This document shows, piece after piece, positions 38,927-53,884 of a stretch of DNA of 64,000 bases (positions are counted from its first letter, which is position 1; each line of letters starts with the position of its first letter). Both the position numbers and the translations under genes were made by a program. Below the pieces are notes generated by a model, which was not told the DNA's origin, did no database searches, and saw only the letters and a list, made by a program, of their open reading frames with translations. This DNA is from the human T2T-CHM13v2.0 reference genome, Homo sapiens: assembly GCF_009914755.1 (NCBI RefSeq), contig NC_060944.1; one strand, given 5' to 3'.

Positions 38927-41900
38927 TGTGGACATTTGGATCGCTTTCAGGCCTATGGTGAAAAAGGAAATATCTTCCCATGAAAACTAGACAGAAGCAT
39001 TCTCAGAAACTTATTTGTGATGTGTGCCCTCAACTGACAGTGTTGAACCTTTGTTTTGATAGAGCAGTTCTGAAACACACTTTTTGTAAAATCTGCAAGA
39101 GGATATTTGGATAGCTTTGAGGATTTCGTTGGAAACGGGAATGTCTTCATGTAAACTCTGGACAGAAGCATTCTCAGAAACTGCTTTGGGATGTTTCAAT
39201 TGAAGTCCCAGTGTTGAACATTCCCTTTCATAGAGCAGGTTTGAAACACTCTTTTTGTACTATCTGGAAGTGGACATTTGGAGCGCTTTCAGGTCTACGG
39301 TGAAAAAGGAGATATCTTCCAATAAAAACTAGATAGAAGCAATGTCAGAACTTTTTTCATGATGTATCTACTCAGCAAACAGAGTTGAACCTTTCTTTTG
39401 AGAGAGCAGTTTTGAAACACTCTTTTTGTGGAATATGCAAGTGGGTATTAGGCCAGCTTGGAGGATTTCGTTGGAAACGGGAATACGTATAAAAAGCAGA
39501 CAGCAGCATTGTCAGAAACTACTTTGTGATGTTTGCATTCAAGTCACAGAATTGAACACTCCCTTTCACAGAGCAGGTTTGAAACACTCTTTTTGTAGTG
39601 TCTGTAAGTGAACATTTGGATTGCTTTCAGGCCTAAGGTGAAAAAGGAAATATCTTCCCATAAAAACTAGACAGAAGCATTCTCAGAAACTTGTTTGTGA
39701 TGTGTGCCCTCTACTGACAGAGTTGAAGCTTTCTTTGCAAAGAGCAGTTTTGAAACACTCTTTTTGTAGAATCTGCAAGAGGATATTTGGATAGCTTTGA
39801 GGATTTCTTGGGAAACGGGAATGTCTTCAGATAAACTCTAGACAGAAGCATTCTCAGAAACTTCTTTGGGATGTTTCAATTGAAGTCACAGTGTTGAACA
39901 TTCCCTTTCACAGAGCAGGTTTGAAACACTCTTTTTGTAGTGTCTATAAGTGAACATTTGGCGTGCTTTCAGGCCTAACGTGAAAAAGGAAATATCTTCC
40001 CATAAAAACTAGACAGAAGCATTCTCAGAAACTTGTTCGTGATGTGTGCCCTCTACTGACAGAGTTGAACCTTTCTTTGCAAAGAGCAGCTTTGAAACAC
40101 ACTTTTTGTAGAATCTGCAAGAGGATATTTGGATAGCTTGGAGGATTTCGTTGGAAACGGGTATGTCTTCAGATAAACTCTAGACAGAAGCATTCTCAGA
40201 AACTTCTTTGGGATGTTGCATTCAAGTCACAGAGTAGAACATTCCCATTCATAGAGCAGATTTGAAACACTCTTTTTGTAGTATCTGGAAGTGGACATTT
40301 GGAGCGCTTTCAGGCCTATGTTGAAAAAGGAAATATCTTCCCATAAAAACTAGACGGAAGCATTCTCAGAAACTTATTTGTGATGTGTTTGCTCAACTAA
40401 CAGGATTGAACCATCGTTTTGAAGGAGCAGTTTTGCAACACTGTTTTCGTGGAATCTGCAAGTGGATATTTGGCTAGCTTTGAGGATTTCGTTGGAAACG
40501 GGATTACATATAAAAAGGAGACAGCAGCATTCTCAGAAACTTCTTTGTGATGTCTGCATTCAATTCACAGAGTTGAGCATTCCCTTTCATAGAGCAGGTT
40601 GGAAACACTCTTTTTGTAGTATCTGGATGAGGACATTTGGAGCGCTTTCAGGCGTATGGTGAAAAAGGAAATATCTTCCCGTAAAAACTAGACAGAAGCA
40701 TTCTCAGAAGTTTATTTGTGATGTGTGCCCTCAACTAACAGAGTTGAACCTTTCTTTTGATAGAGCAGTTTTGAAACACTCTTTTTGTAAAATCTGCAAG
40801 AGGATATTTGGATAGCTTTGAGGATTTCGTTGCAAACGGGAATGGCTTCATATAAACTCTAGACAGAAGCATTCTCAGAAACTTCGTTGGGATGTTTCGA
40901 TTGAAGTCCCAGTGTTGAACATTCCCTTTTATAGAGCAGGTTGGAAACACTCTTTCTGCATTCCCTGGAAGTGGACATTTGGAGCGCTTTCAGGACGACG
41001 GTGAAAATGGAAATATCTTCCAAGAAAATCTAGATAGAAGCAATGTCAGAAACTTTTATGTGATGGATCTACTCAGCTAACAGAGTTGAACCTTTCTTTT
41101 GAGAGAGCAGTTTTGCAACACTCTTTTTGTGGAATATGCAAGTGGATATTAGGGCAGCTTTGAGGATTTCGTTGGAAACGGGAATACATGTAAAAAGCAG
41201 ACAGCAGCATTCTCAGAAACTTCTTTGTGATGTTTGCATTGAAGTCACAGAGTTGAACATTCCCTTTGAGAGAGCAGGTTTGAAACACGCCTTTTGTCAT
41301 ATCTGGAAGTGTCCATTCGGAGCGCATTCAGGCTTGTGTTGAAAAAGGAAATATCCTCCCATAAAAACTAGACAGAAGCATTCTCAGAAACTTATCTGTG
41401 ATGTATGTACTCAACTAACAGAACTAAACCATCGTTTTGAAGGAGCAGTTTTGAAACACTCTTTTTGCGGAATCTGCAAGTGGATATTTGGCTAGCTGGG
41501 AGGATTTCGTTGGAAACGGGATTACATACAAAAAGCAGACAGCAGCATTCTCAGAAACTTCTTTGTGATGTTTGCATTCAAGTCACAGAGTTGAACATTC
41601 CCTTTCATAGAGCAGGTTTGAAACACTCTTTTTGTAGTATCTGGATGTGGACATTTGGATCGCTTTCAGGCCTATGGTGAAAAAGGAAATATCTTCCCAT
41701 GAAAACTAGACAGAAGCATTCTCAGAAACTTATTTGTGATGTGTGCCCTCAACTGACAGTGTTGAACCTTTGTTTTGATAGAGCAGTTCTGAAACACACT
41801 TTTTGTAAAATCTGCAAGAGGATATTTGGATAGCTTTGAGGATTTCGTTGGAAACGGGAATGTCTTCATGTAAACTCTGGACAGAAGCATTCTCAGAAAC

Positions 41901-44900
41901 TGCTTTGGGATGTTTCAATTGAAGTCCCAGTGTTGAACATTCCCTTTCATAGAGCAGGTTTGAAACACTCTTTTTGTACTATCTGGAAGTGGACATTTGG
42001 AGCGCTTTCAGGTCTACGGTGAAAAAGGAGATATCTTCCAATAAAAACTAGATAGAAGCAATGTCAGAACTTTTTTCATGATGTATCTACTCAGCAAACA
42101 GAGTTGAACCTTTCTTTTGAGAGAGCAGTTTTGAAACACTCTTTTTGTGGAATATGCAAGTGGGTATTAGGCCAGCTTGGAGGATTTCGTTGGAAACGGG
42201 AATACGTATAAAAAGCAGACAGCAGCATTGTCAGAAACTACTTTGTGATGTTTGCATTCAAGTCACAGAATTGAACACTCCCTTTCACAGAGCAGGTTTG
42301 AAACACTCTTTTTGTAGTGTCTGTAAGTGAACATTTGGATTGCTTTCAGGTCTAAGGTGAAAAAGGAAATATCTTCCCATAAAAACTAGACAGAAGCATT
42401 CTCAGAAACTTGTTTGTGATGTGTGCCCTCTACTGACAGAGTTGAACCTTTCTTTGCAAAGAGCAGTTTTGAAACACTCTTTTTGTAGAATCTGCAAGAG
42501 GATATTTGGATAGCTTTGAGGATTTCTTGGGAAACGGGAATGTCTTCAGATAAACTCTAGACAGAAGCATTCTCAGAAACTTCTTTGGGATGTTTCAATT
42601 GAAGTCACAGTGTTGAACATTCCCTTTCACAGAGCAGGTTTGAAACACTCTTTTTGTAGTGTCTATAAGTGAACATTTGGCGTGCTTTCAGGCCTAACGT
42701 GAAAAAGGAAATATCTTCCCATAAAAACTAGACAGAAGCATTCTCAGAAACTTGTTCGTGATGTGTCCCCTCTACTGACAGAGTTGAACCTTTCTTTGCA
42801 AAGAGCAGCTTTGAAACACTCTTTTTGTAGAATCTGCAAGAGGATATTTGGACAGCTTGGAGGATTTCGTTGGAAACGGGTATGTCTTCAGATAAACTCT
42901 AGACAGAAGCATTCTCAGAAACTTCTTTGGGATGTTGCATTCAAGTCACAGAGTAGAACATTCCCATTCATAGAGCAGATTTGAAACACTCTTTTTGTAG
43001 TATCTGGAAGTGGACATTTGGAGCGCTTTCAGGCCTATGTTGAAAAAGGAAATATCTTCCCATAAAAACTAGACGGAAGCATTCTCAGAAACTTATTTGT
43101 GATGTGTTTGCTCAACTAACAGGATTGAACCATCGTTTTGAAGGAGCAGTTTTGAAACACTGTTTTCGTGGAATCTGCAAGTGGATATTTGGCTAGCTTT
43201 GAGGATTTCGTTGGAAACGGGATTACATATAAAAAGGAGACAGCAGCATTCTCAGAAACTTCTTTGTGATGTCTGCATTCAATTCACAGAGTTGAGCATT
43301 CCCTTTCATAGAGCAGGTTGGAAACACTCTTTTTGTAGTATCTGGATGAGGACATTTGGAGCGCTTTCAGGCGTATGGTGAAAAAGGAAATATCTTCCCG
43401 TAAAAACTAGACAGAAGCATTCTCAGAAGTTTATTTGTGATGTGTGCCCTCAACTAACAGAGTTGAACCTTTCTTTTGATAGAGCAGTTTTGAAACACTC
43501 TTTTTGTAAAATCTGCAAGAGGATATTTGGATAGCTTTGAGGATTTCGTTGCAAACGGGAATGGCTTCATATAAACTCTAGACAGAAGCATTCTCAGAAA
43601 CTTCGTTGGGATGTTTCGATTGAAGTCCCAGTGTTGAACATTCCCTTTTATAGAGCAGGTTGGAAACACTCTTTCTGCATTCCCTGGAAGTGGACATTTG
43701 GAGCGCTTTCAGGACGACGGTGAAAATGGAAATATCTTCCAAGAAAATCTAGATAGAAGCAACGTCAGAAACTTTTATGTGATGGATCTACTCAGCTAAC
43801 AGAGTTGAACCTTTCTTTTGAGAGAGCAGTTTTGCAACACTCTTTTTGTGGAATATGCAAGTGGATATTAGGGCAGCTTTGAGGATTTCGTTGGAAACGG
43901 GAATACATGTAAAAAGCAGACAGCAGCATTCTCAGAAACTTCTTTGTGATGTTTGCATTGAAGTCACAGAGTTGAACATTCCCTTTGAGAGAGCAGGTTT
44001 GAAACACGCCTTTTGTCATATCTGGAAGTGTCCATTCGGAGCGCATTCAGGCTTGTGTTGAAAAAGGAAATATCCTCCCATAAAAACTAGACAGAAGCAT
44101 TCTCAGAAACTTATTTGTGATGTATGTACTCAACTAACAGAACTAAACCATCGTTTTGAAGGAGCAGTTTTGAAACACTCTTTTTGCGGAATCTGCAAGT
44201 GGATATTTGGCTAGCTGGGAGGATTTCGTTGGAAACGGGATTACATACAAAAAGCAGACAGCAGCATTCTCAGAAACTTCTTTGTGATGTTTGCATTCAA
44301 GTCACAGAGTTGAACATTCCCTTTCATAGAGCAGGTTTGAAACACTCTTTTTGTAGTATCTGGATGTGGACATTTGGATCGCTTTCAGGCCTATGGTGAA
44401 AAAGGAAATATCTTCCCATGAAAACTAGACAGAAGCATTCTCAGAAACTTATTTGTGATGTGTGCCCTCAACTGACAGTGTTGAACCTTTGTTTTGATAG
44501 AGCAGTTCTGAAACACACTTTTTGTAAAATCTGCAAGAGGATATTTGGATAGCTTTGAGGATTTCGTTGGAAACGGGAATGTCTTCATGTAAACTCTGGA
44601 CAGAAGCATTCTCAGAAACTGCTTTGGGATGTTTCAATTGAAGTCCCAGTGTTGAACATTCCCTTTCATAGAGCAGGTTTGAAACACTCTTTTTGTACTA
44701 TCTGGAAGTGGACATTTGGAGCGCTTTCAGGTCTACGGTGAAAAAGGAGATATCTTCCAATAAAAACTAGATAGAAGCAATGTCAGAACTTTTTTCATGA
44801 TGTATCTACTCAGCAAACAGAGTTGAACCTTTCTTTTGAGAGAGCAGTTTTGAAACACTCTTTTTGTGGAATATGCAAGTGGGTATTAGGCCAGCTTGGA

Positions 44901-47900
44901 GGATTTCGTTGGAAACGGGAATACGTATAAAAAGCAGACAGCAGCATTGTCAGAAACTACTTTGTGATGTTTGCATTCAAGTCACAGAATTGAACACTCC
45001 CTTTCACAGAGCAGGTTTGAAACACTCTTTTTGTAGTGTCTGTAAGTGAACATTTGGATTGCTTTCAGGCCTAAGGTGAAAAAGGAAATATCTTCCCATA
45101 AAAACTAGACAGAAGCATTCTCAGAAACTTGTTTGTGATGTGTGCCCTCTACTGACAGAGTTGAAGCTTTCTTTGCAAAGAGCAGTTTTGAAACACTCTT
45201 TTTGTAGAATCTGCAAGAGGATATTTGGATAGCTTTGAGGATTTCTTGGGAAACGGGAATGTCTTCAGATAAACTCTAGACAGAAGCATTCTCAGAAACT
45301 TCTTTGGGATGTTTCAATTGAAGTCACAGTGTTGAACATTCCCTTTCACAGAGCAGGTTTGAAACACTCTTTTTGTAGTGTCTATAAGTGAACATTTGGC
45401 GTGCTTTCAGGCCTAACGTGAAAAAGGAAATATCTTCCCATAAAAACTAGACAGAAGCATTCTCAGAAACTTGTTCTTGATGTGTCCCCTCTACTGACAG
45501 AGTTGAACCTTTCTTTGCAAAGAGCAGCTTTGAAACACTCTTTTTGTAGAATCTGCAAGAGGATATTTGGATAGCTTGGAGGATTTCGTTGGAAACGGGT
45601 ATGTCTTCAGATAAACTCTAGACAGAAGCATTCTCAGAAACTTCTTTGGGATGTTGCATTCAAGTCACAGAGTAGAACATTCCCATTCATAGAGCAGATT
45701 TGAAACACTCTTTTTGTAGTATCTGGAAGTGGACATTTGGAGCGCTTTCAGGCCTATGTTGAAAAAGGAAATATCTTCCCATAAAAACTAGACGGAAGCA
45801 TTCTCAGAAACTTATTTGTGATGTGTTTGCTCAACTAACAGGATTGAACCATCGTTTTGAAGGAGCAGTTTTGAAACACTGTTTTCGTGGAATCTGCAAG
45901 TGGATATTTGGCTAGCTTTGAGGATTTCGTTGGAAACGGGATTACATATAAAAAGGAGACAGCAGCATTCTCAGAAACTTCTTTGTGATGTCTGCATTCA
46001 ATTCACAGAGTTGAGCATTCCCTTTCATAGAGCAGGTTGGAAACACTCTTTTTGTAGTATCTGGATGAGGACATTTGGAGCGCTTTCAGGCGTATGGTGA
46101 AAAAGGAAATCTCTTCCCGTAAAAACTAGACAGAAGCATTCTCAGAAGTTTATTTGTGATGTGTGCCCTCAACTAACAGAGTTGAACCTTTCTTTTGATA
46201 GAGCAGTTTTGAAACACTCTTTTTGTAAAATCTGCAAGAGGATATTTGGATAGCTTTGAGGATTTCGTTGCAAACGGGAATGGCTTCATATAAACTCTAG
46301 ACAGAAGCATTCTCAGAAACTTCGTTGGGATGTTTCGATTGAAGTCCCAGTGTTGAACATTCCCTTTTATAGAGCAGGTTGGAAACACTCTTTCTGCATT
46401 CCCTGGAAGTGGACATTTGGAGCGCTTTCAGGACGACGGTGAAAATGGAAATATCTTCCAAGAAAATCTAGATAGAAGCAATGTCAGAAACTTTTATGTG
46501 ATGGATCTACTCAGCTAACAGAGTTGAACCTTTCTTTTGAGAGAGCAGTTTTGCAACACTCTTTTTGTGGAATATGCAAGTGGATATTAGGGCAGCTTTG
46601 AGGATTTCGTTGGAAACGGGAATACATGTAAAAAGCAGACAGCAGCATTCTCAGAAACTTCTTTGTGATGTTTGCATTGAACTCACAGAGTTGAACATTC
46701 CCTTTGAGAGAGCAGGTTTGAAACACGCCTTTTGTCATATCTGGAAGTGTCCATTCGGAGCGCATTCAGGCTTGTGTTGAAAAAGGAAATATCCTCCCAG
46801 AAAAACTAGACAGAAGCATTCTCAGAAACTTATCTGTGATGTATGTACTCAACTAACAGAACTAAACCATCGTTTTGAAGGAGCAGTTTTGAAACACTCA
46901 TTTTGCGGAATCTGCAAGTGGATATTTGGCTAGCTGGGAGGATTTCGTTGGAAACGGGATTACATACAAAAAGCAGACAGCAGCATTCTCAGAAACTTCT
47001 TTGTGATGTTTGCATTCAAGTCACAGAGTTGAACATTCCCTTTCATAGAGCAGGTTTGAAACACTCTTTTTGTAGTATCTGGATGTGGACATTTGGATCG
47101 CTTTCAGGCCTATGGTGAAAAAGGAAATATCTTCCCATGAAAACTAGACAGAAGCATTCTCAGAAACTTATTTGTGATGTGTGCCCTCAACTGACAGTGT
47201 TGAACCTTTGTTTTGATAGAGCAGTTCTGAAACACACTTTTTGTAAAATCTGCAAGAGGATATTTGGATAGCTTTGAGGATTTCGTTGGAAACGGGAATG
47301 TCTTCATGTAAACTCTAGACAGAAGCATTCTCAGAAACTGCTTTGGGATGTTTCAATTGAAGTCCCAGTGTTGAACATTCCCTTTCATAGAGCAGGTTTG
47401 AAACACTCTTTTTGTACTATCTGGAAGTGGACATTTGGAGCGCTTTCAGGTCTACGGTGAAAAAGGAGATATCTTCCAATAAAAACTAGATAGAAGCAAT
47501 GTCAGAACTTTTTTCATGATGTATCTACTCAGCAAACAGAGTTGAACCTTTCTTTTGAGAGAGCAGTTTTGAAACACTCTTTTTGTGGAATATGCAAGTG
47601 GGTATTAGGCCAGCTTGGAGGATTTCGTTGGAAACGGGAATACGTATAAAAAGCAGACAGCAGCATTGTCAGAAACTACTTTGTGATGTTTGCATTCAAG
47701 TCACAGAATTGAACACTCCCTTTCACAGAGCAGGTTTGAAACACTCTTTTTGTAGTGTCTGTAAGTGAACATTTGGATTGCTTTCAGGCCTAAGGTGAAA
47801 AAGGAAATATCTTCCCATAAAAACTAGACAGAAGCATTCTCAGAAACTTGTTTGTGATGTGTGCCCTCTACTGACAGAGTTGAACCTTTCTTTGCAAAGA

Positions 47901-50900
47901 GCAGTTTTGAAACACCCTTTTTGTAGAATCTGCAAGAGGATATTTGGATAGCTTTGAGGATTTCTTGGGAAACGGGAATGTCTTCAGATAAACTCTAGAC
48001 AGAAGCATTCTCAGAAACTTCTTTGGGATGTTTCAATTGAAGTCACAGTGTTGAACATTCCCTTTCACAGAGCAGGTTTGAAACACTCTTTTTGTAGTGT
48101 CTATAAGTGAACATTTGGCGTGCTTTCAGGCGTAACGTGAAAAAGGAAATATCTTCCCATAAAAACTAGACAGAAGCATTCTCAGAAACTTGTTCTTGAT
48201 GTGTCCCCTCTACTGACAGAGTTGAACCTTTCTTTGCAAAGAGCAGCTTTGAAACACACTTTTTGTAGAATCTGCAAGAGGATATTTGGATAGCTTGGAG
48301 GATTTCGTTGGAAACGGGTATGTCTTCAGATAAACTCTAGACAGAAGCATTCTCAGAAACTTCTTTGGGATGTTGCATTCAAGTCACAGAGTAGAACATT
48401 CCCATTCATAGAGCAGATTTGAAACACTCTTTTTGTAGTATCTGGAAGTGGACATTTGGAGCGCTTTCAGGCCTATGTTGAAAAAGGAAATATCTTCCCA
48501 TAAAAACTAGACGGAAGCATTCTCAGAAACTTATTTGTGATGTGTTTGCTCAACTAACAGGATTGAACCATCGTTTTGAAGGAGCAGTTTTGAAACACTG
48601 TTTTCGTGGAATCTGCAAGTGGATATTTGGCTAGCTTTGAGGATTTCGTTGGAAACGGGATTACATATAAAAAGGAGACAGCAGCATTCTCAGAAACTTC
48701 TTTGTGATGTCTGCATTCAGTTCACAGAGTTGAGCATTCCCTTTCATAGAGCAGGTTGGAAACACTCTTTTTGTAGTATCTGGATGAGGACATTTGGAGC
48801 GCTTTCAGGCGTATGGTGAAAAAGGAAATATCTTCCCGTAAAAACTAGACAGAAGCATTCTCAGAAGTTTATTTGTGATGTGTGCCCTCAACTAACAGAG
48901 TTGAACCTTTCTTTTGATAGAGCAGTTTTGAAACACTCTTTTTGTAAAATCTGCAAGAGGATATTTGGATAGCTTTGAGGATTTCGTTGCAAACGGGAAT
49001 GGCTTCATATAAACTCTAGACAGAAGCATTCTCAGAAACTTCGTTGGGATGTTTCGATTGAAGTCCCAGTGTTGAACACTCCTTTTTATAGAGCAGGTTG
49101 AAAACACTCTTTCTGCATTCCCTGGAAGTGGACATTTGGAGCGCTTTCAGGACGACGGTGAAAATGGAAATATCTTCCAATAAAATCTAGATAGAAGCAA
49201 TGTCAGAAACTTTTATGTGATGGATCTACTCAGCTAACAGAGTTGAACCTTTCTTTTGAGAGAGCAGTTTTGCAACACTCTTTTTGTGGAATATGCAAGT
49301 GGATATTAGGGCAGCTTTGAGGATTTCGTTGGAAACGGGAATACATGTAAAAAGCAGACAGCAGCATTCTCAGAAACTTCTTTGTGATGTTTGCATTGAA
49401 GTCACAGAGTTGAACATTCCCTTTGAGAGAGCAGGTTTGAAACACGCCTTTTGTCATATCTGGAAGTGTCCATTCGGAGCGCATTCAGGCTTGTGTTGAA
49501 AAAGGAAATATCCTCCCATAAAAACTAGACAGAAGCATTCTCAGAAACTTATCTGTGATGTATGTACTCAACTAACAGAACTAAACCATCGTTTTGAAGG
49601 AGCAGTTTTGAAACACTCTTTTTGCGGAATCTGCAAGTGGATATTTGGCTAGCTGGGAGGATTTCGTTGGAAACGGGATTACATACAAAAAGCAGACAGC
49701 AGCATTCTCAGAAACTTCTTTGTGATGTTTGCATTCAAGTCACAGAGTTGAACATTCCCTTTCATAGAGCAGGTTTGAAACACTCTTTTTGTAGTATCTG
49801 GATGTGGACATTTGGATCGCTTTCAGGCCTATGGTGAAAAAGGAAATATCTTCCCATGAAAACTAGACAGAAGCATTCTCAGAAACTTATTTGTGATGTG
49901 TGCCCTCAACTGACAGTGTTGAACCTTTGTTTTGATAGAGCAGTTCTGAAACACACTTTTTGTAAAATCTGCAAGAGGATATTTGGATAGCTTTGAGGAT
50001 TTCGTTGGAAACGGGAATGTCTTCATGTAAACTCTGGACAGAAGCATTCTCAGAAACTGCTTTGGGATGTTTCAATTGAAGTCCCAGTGTTGAACATTCC
50101 CTTTCATAGAGCAGGTTTGAAACACTCTTTTTGTACTATCTGGAAGTGGACATTTGGAGCGCTTTCAGGTCTACGGTGAAAAAGGAGATATCTTCCAATA
50201 AAAACTAGATAGAAGCAATGTCAGAACTTTTTTCATGATGTATCTACTCAGCAAACAGAGTTGAACCTTTCTTTTGAGAGAGCAGTTTTGAAACACTCTT
50301 TTTGTGGAATATGCAAGTGGGTATTAGGCCAGCTTGGAGGATTTCGTTGGAAACGGGAATACGTATAAAAAGCAGACAGCAGCATTGTCAGAAACTACTT
50401 TGTGATGTTTGCATTCAAGTCACAGAATTGAACACTCCCTTTCACAGAGCAGGTTTGAAACACTCTTTTTGTAGTGTCTGTAAGTGAACATTTGGATTGC
50501 TTTCAGGCCTAAGGTGAAAAAGGAAATATCTTCCCATAAAAACTAGACAGAAGCATTCTCAGAAACTTGTTTGTGATGTGTGCCCTCTACTGACAGAGTT
50601 GAACCTTTCTTTGCAAAGAGCAGTTTTGAAACACTCTTTTTGTAGAATCTGCAAGAGGATATTTGGATAGCTTTGAGGATTTCTTGGGAAACGGGAATGT
50701 CTTCAGATAAACTCTAGACAGAAGCATTCTCAGAAACTTCTTTGGGATGTTTCAATTGAAGTCACAGTGTTGAACATTCCCTTTCACAGAGCAGGTTTGA
50801 AACACTCTTTTTGTAGTGTCTATAAGTGAACATTTGGCGTGCTTTCAGGCCTAACGTGAAAAAGGAAATATCTTCCCATAAAAACTAGACAGAAGCATTC

Positions 50901-53884
50901 TCAGAAACTTGTTCGTGATGTGTGCCCTCTACTGACAGAGTTGAACCTTTCTTTGCAAAGAGCAGCTTTGAAACACACTTTTTGTAGAATCTGCAAGAGG
51001 ATATTTGGATAGCTTGGAGGATTTCGTTGGAAACGGGTATGTCTTCAGATAAACTCTAGACAGAAGCATTCTCAGAAACTTCTTTGGGATGTTGCATTCA
51101 AGTCACAGAGTAGAACATTCCCATTCATAGAGCAGATTTGAAACACTCTTTTTGTAGTATCTGGAAGTGGACATTTGGAGCGCTTTCAGGCCTATGTTGA
51201 AAAAGGAAATATCTTCCCATAAAAACTAGACGGAAGCATTCTCAGAAACTTATTTGTGATGTGTTTGCTCAACTAACAGGATTGAACCATCGTTTTGAAG
51301 GAGCAGTTTTGAAACACTGTTTTCGTGGAATCTGCAAGTGGATATTTGGCTAGCTTTGAGGATTTCGTTGGAAACGGGATTACATATAAAAAGGAGACAG
51401 CAGCATTCTCAGAAACTTCTTTGTGATGTCTGCATTCAATTCACAGAGTTGAGCATTCCCTTTCATAGAGCAGGTTGGAAACACTCTTTTTGTAGTATCT
51501 GGATGAGGACATTTGGAGCGCTTTCAGGCGTATGGTGAAAAAGGAAATATCTTCCCGTAAAAACTAGACAGAAGCATTCTCAGAAGTTTATTTGTGATGT
51601 GTGCCCTCAACTAACAGAGTTGAACCTTTCTTTTGATAGAGCAGTTTTGAAACACTCTTTTTGTAAAATCTGCAAGAGGATATTTGGATAGCTTTGAGGA
51701 TTTCGTTGCAAACGGGAATGGCTTCATATAAACTCTAGACAGAAGCATTCTCAGAAACTTCGTTGGGATGTTTCGATTGAAGTCCCAGTGTTGAACATTC
51801 CCTTTTATAGAGCAGGTTGGAAACACTCTTTCTGCATTCCCTGGAAGTGGACATTTGGAGCGCTTTCAGGACGACGGTGAAAATGGAAATATCTTCCAAG
51901 AAAATCTAGATAGAAGCAACGTCAGAAACTTTTATGTGATGGATCTACTCAGCTAACAGAGTTGAACCTTTCTTTTGAGAGAGCAGTTTTGCAACACTCT
52001 TTTTGTGGAATATGCAAGTGGATATTAGGGCAGCTTTGAGGATTTCGTTGGAAACGGGAATACATGTAAAAAGCAGACAGCAGCATTCTCAGAAACTTCT
52101 TTGTGATGTTTGCATTGAAGTCACAGAGTTGAACATTCCCTTTGAGAGAGCAGGTTTGAAACACGCCTTTTGTCATATCTGGAAGTGTCCATTCGGAGCG
52201 CATTCAGGCTTGTGTTGAAAAAGGAAATATCCTCCCAGAAAAACTAGACAGAAGCATTCTCAGAAACTTATCTGTGATGTATGTACTCAACTAACAGAAC
52301 TAAACCATCGTTTTGAAGGAGCAGTTTTGAAACACTCTTTTTGCGGAATCTGCAAGTGGATATTTGGCTAGCTGGGAGGATTTCGTTGGAAACGGGATTA
52401 CATACAAAAAGCAGACAGCAGCATTCTCAGAAACTTCTTTGTGATGTTTGCATTCAAGTCACAGAGTTGAACATTCCCTTTCATAGAGCAGGTTTGAAAC
52501 ACTCTTTTTGTAGTATCTGGATGTGGACATTTGGATCGCTTTCAGGCCTATGGTGAAAAAGGAAATATCTTCCCATGAAGACTAGACAGAAGCATTCTCA
52601 GAAACTTATTTGTGATGTGTGCCCTCAACTGACAGTGTTGAACCTTTGTTTTGATAGAGCAGTTCTGAAACACACTTTTTGTAAAATCTGCAAGAGGATA
52701 TTTGGATAGCTTTGAGGATTTCGTTGGAAACGGGAATGTCTTCATGTAAACTCTGGACAGAAGCATTCTCAGAAACTGCTTTGGGATGTTTCAATTGAAG
52801 TCCCAGTGTTGAACATTCCCTTTCATAGAGCAGGTTTGAAACACTCTTTTTGTACTATCCGGAAGTGGACATTTGGAGCGCTTTCAGGTCTACGGTGAAA
52901 AAGGAGATATCTTCCAATAAAAACTAGATAGAAGCAATGTCAGAACTTTTTTCATGATGTATCTACTCAGCAAACAGAGTTGAACCTTTCTTTTGAGAGA
53001 GCAGTTTTGAAACACTCTTTTTGTGGAATATGCAAGTGGGTATTAGGCCAGCTTGGAGGATTTCGTTGGAAACGGGAATACGTATAAAAAGCAGACAGCA
53101 GCATTGTCAGAAACTACTTTGTGATGTTTGCATTCAAGTCACAGAATTGAACACTCCCTTTCACAGAGCAGGTTTGAAACACTCTTTTTGTAGTGTCTGT
53201 AAGTGAACATTTGGATTGCTTTCAGGCCTAAGGTGAAAAAGGAAATATCTTCCCATAAAAACTAGACAGAAGCATTCTCAGAAACTTGTTTGTGATGTGT
53301 GCCCTCTACTGACAGAGTTGAACCTTTCTTTGCAAAGAGCAGTTTTGAAACACTCTTTTTGTAGAATCTGCAAGAGGATATTTGGATAGCTTTGAGGATT
53401 TCTTGGGAAACGGGAATGTCTTCAGATAAACTCTAGACAGAAGCATTCTCAGAAACTTCTTTGGGATGTTTCAATTGAAGTCACAGTGTTGAACATTCCC
53501 TTTCACAGAGCAGGTTTGAAACACTCTTTTTGTAGTGTCTATAAGTGAACATTTGGCGTGCTTTCAGGCCTAACGTGAAAAAGGAAATATCTTCCCATAA
53601 AAACTAGACAGAAGCATTCTCAGAAACTTGTTCGTGATGTGTGCCCTCTACTGACAGAGTTGAACCTTTCTTTGCAAAGAGCAGCTTTGAAACACACTTT
53701 TTGTAGAATCTGCAAGAGGATATTTGGATAGCTTGGAGGATTTCGTTGGAAACGGGTATGTCTTCAGATAAACTCTAGACAGAAGCATTCTCAGAAACTT
53801 CTTTGGGATGTTGCATTCAAGTCACAGAGTAGAACATTCCCATTCATAGAGCAGATTTGAAACACTCTTTTTGTAGTATCTGGA

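Noticed and set aside
42763-42984. Unique 73-aa ORF
   Set aside because: Caused by a single T>C change (GATAG>GACAG near 42853) that removes a stop codon.
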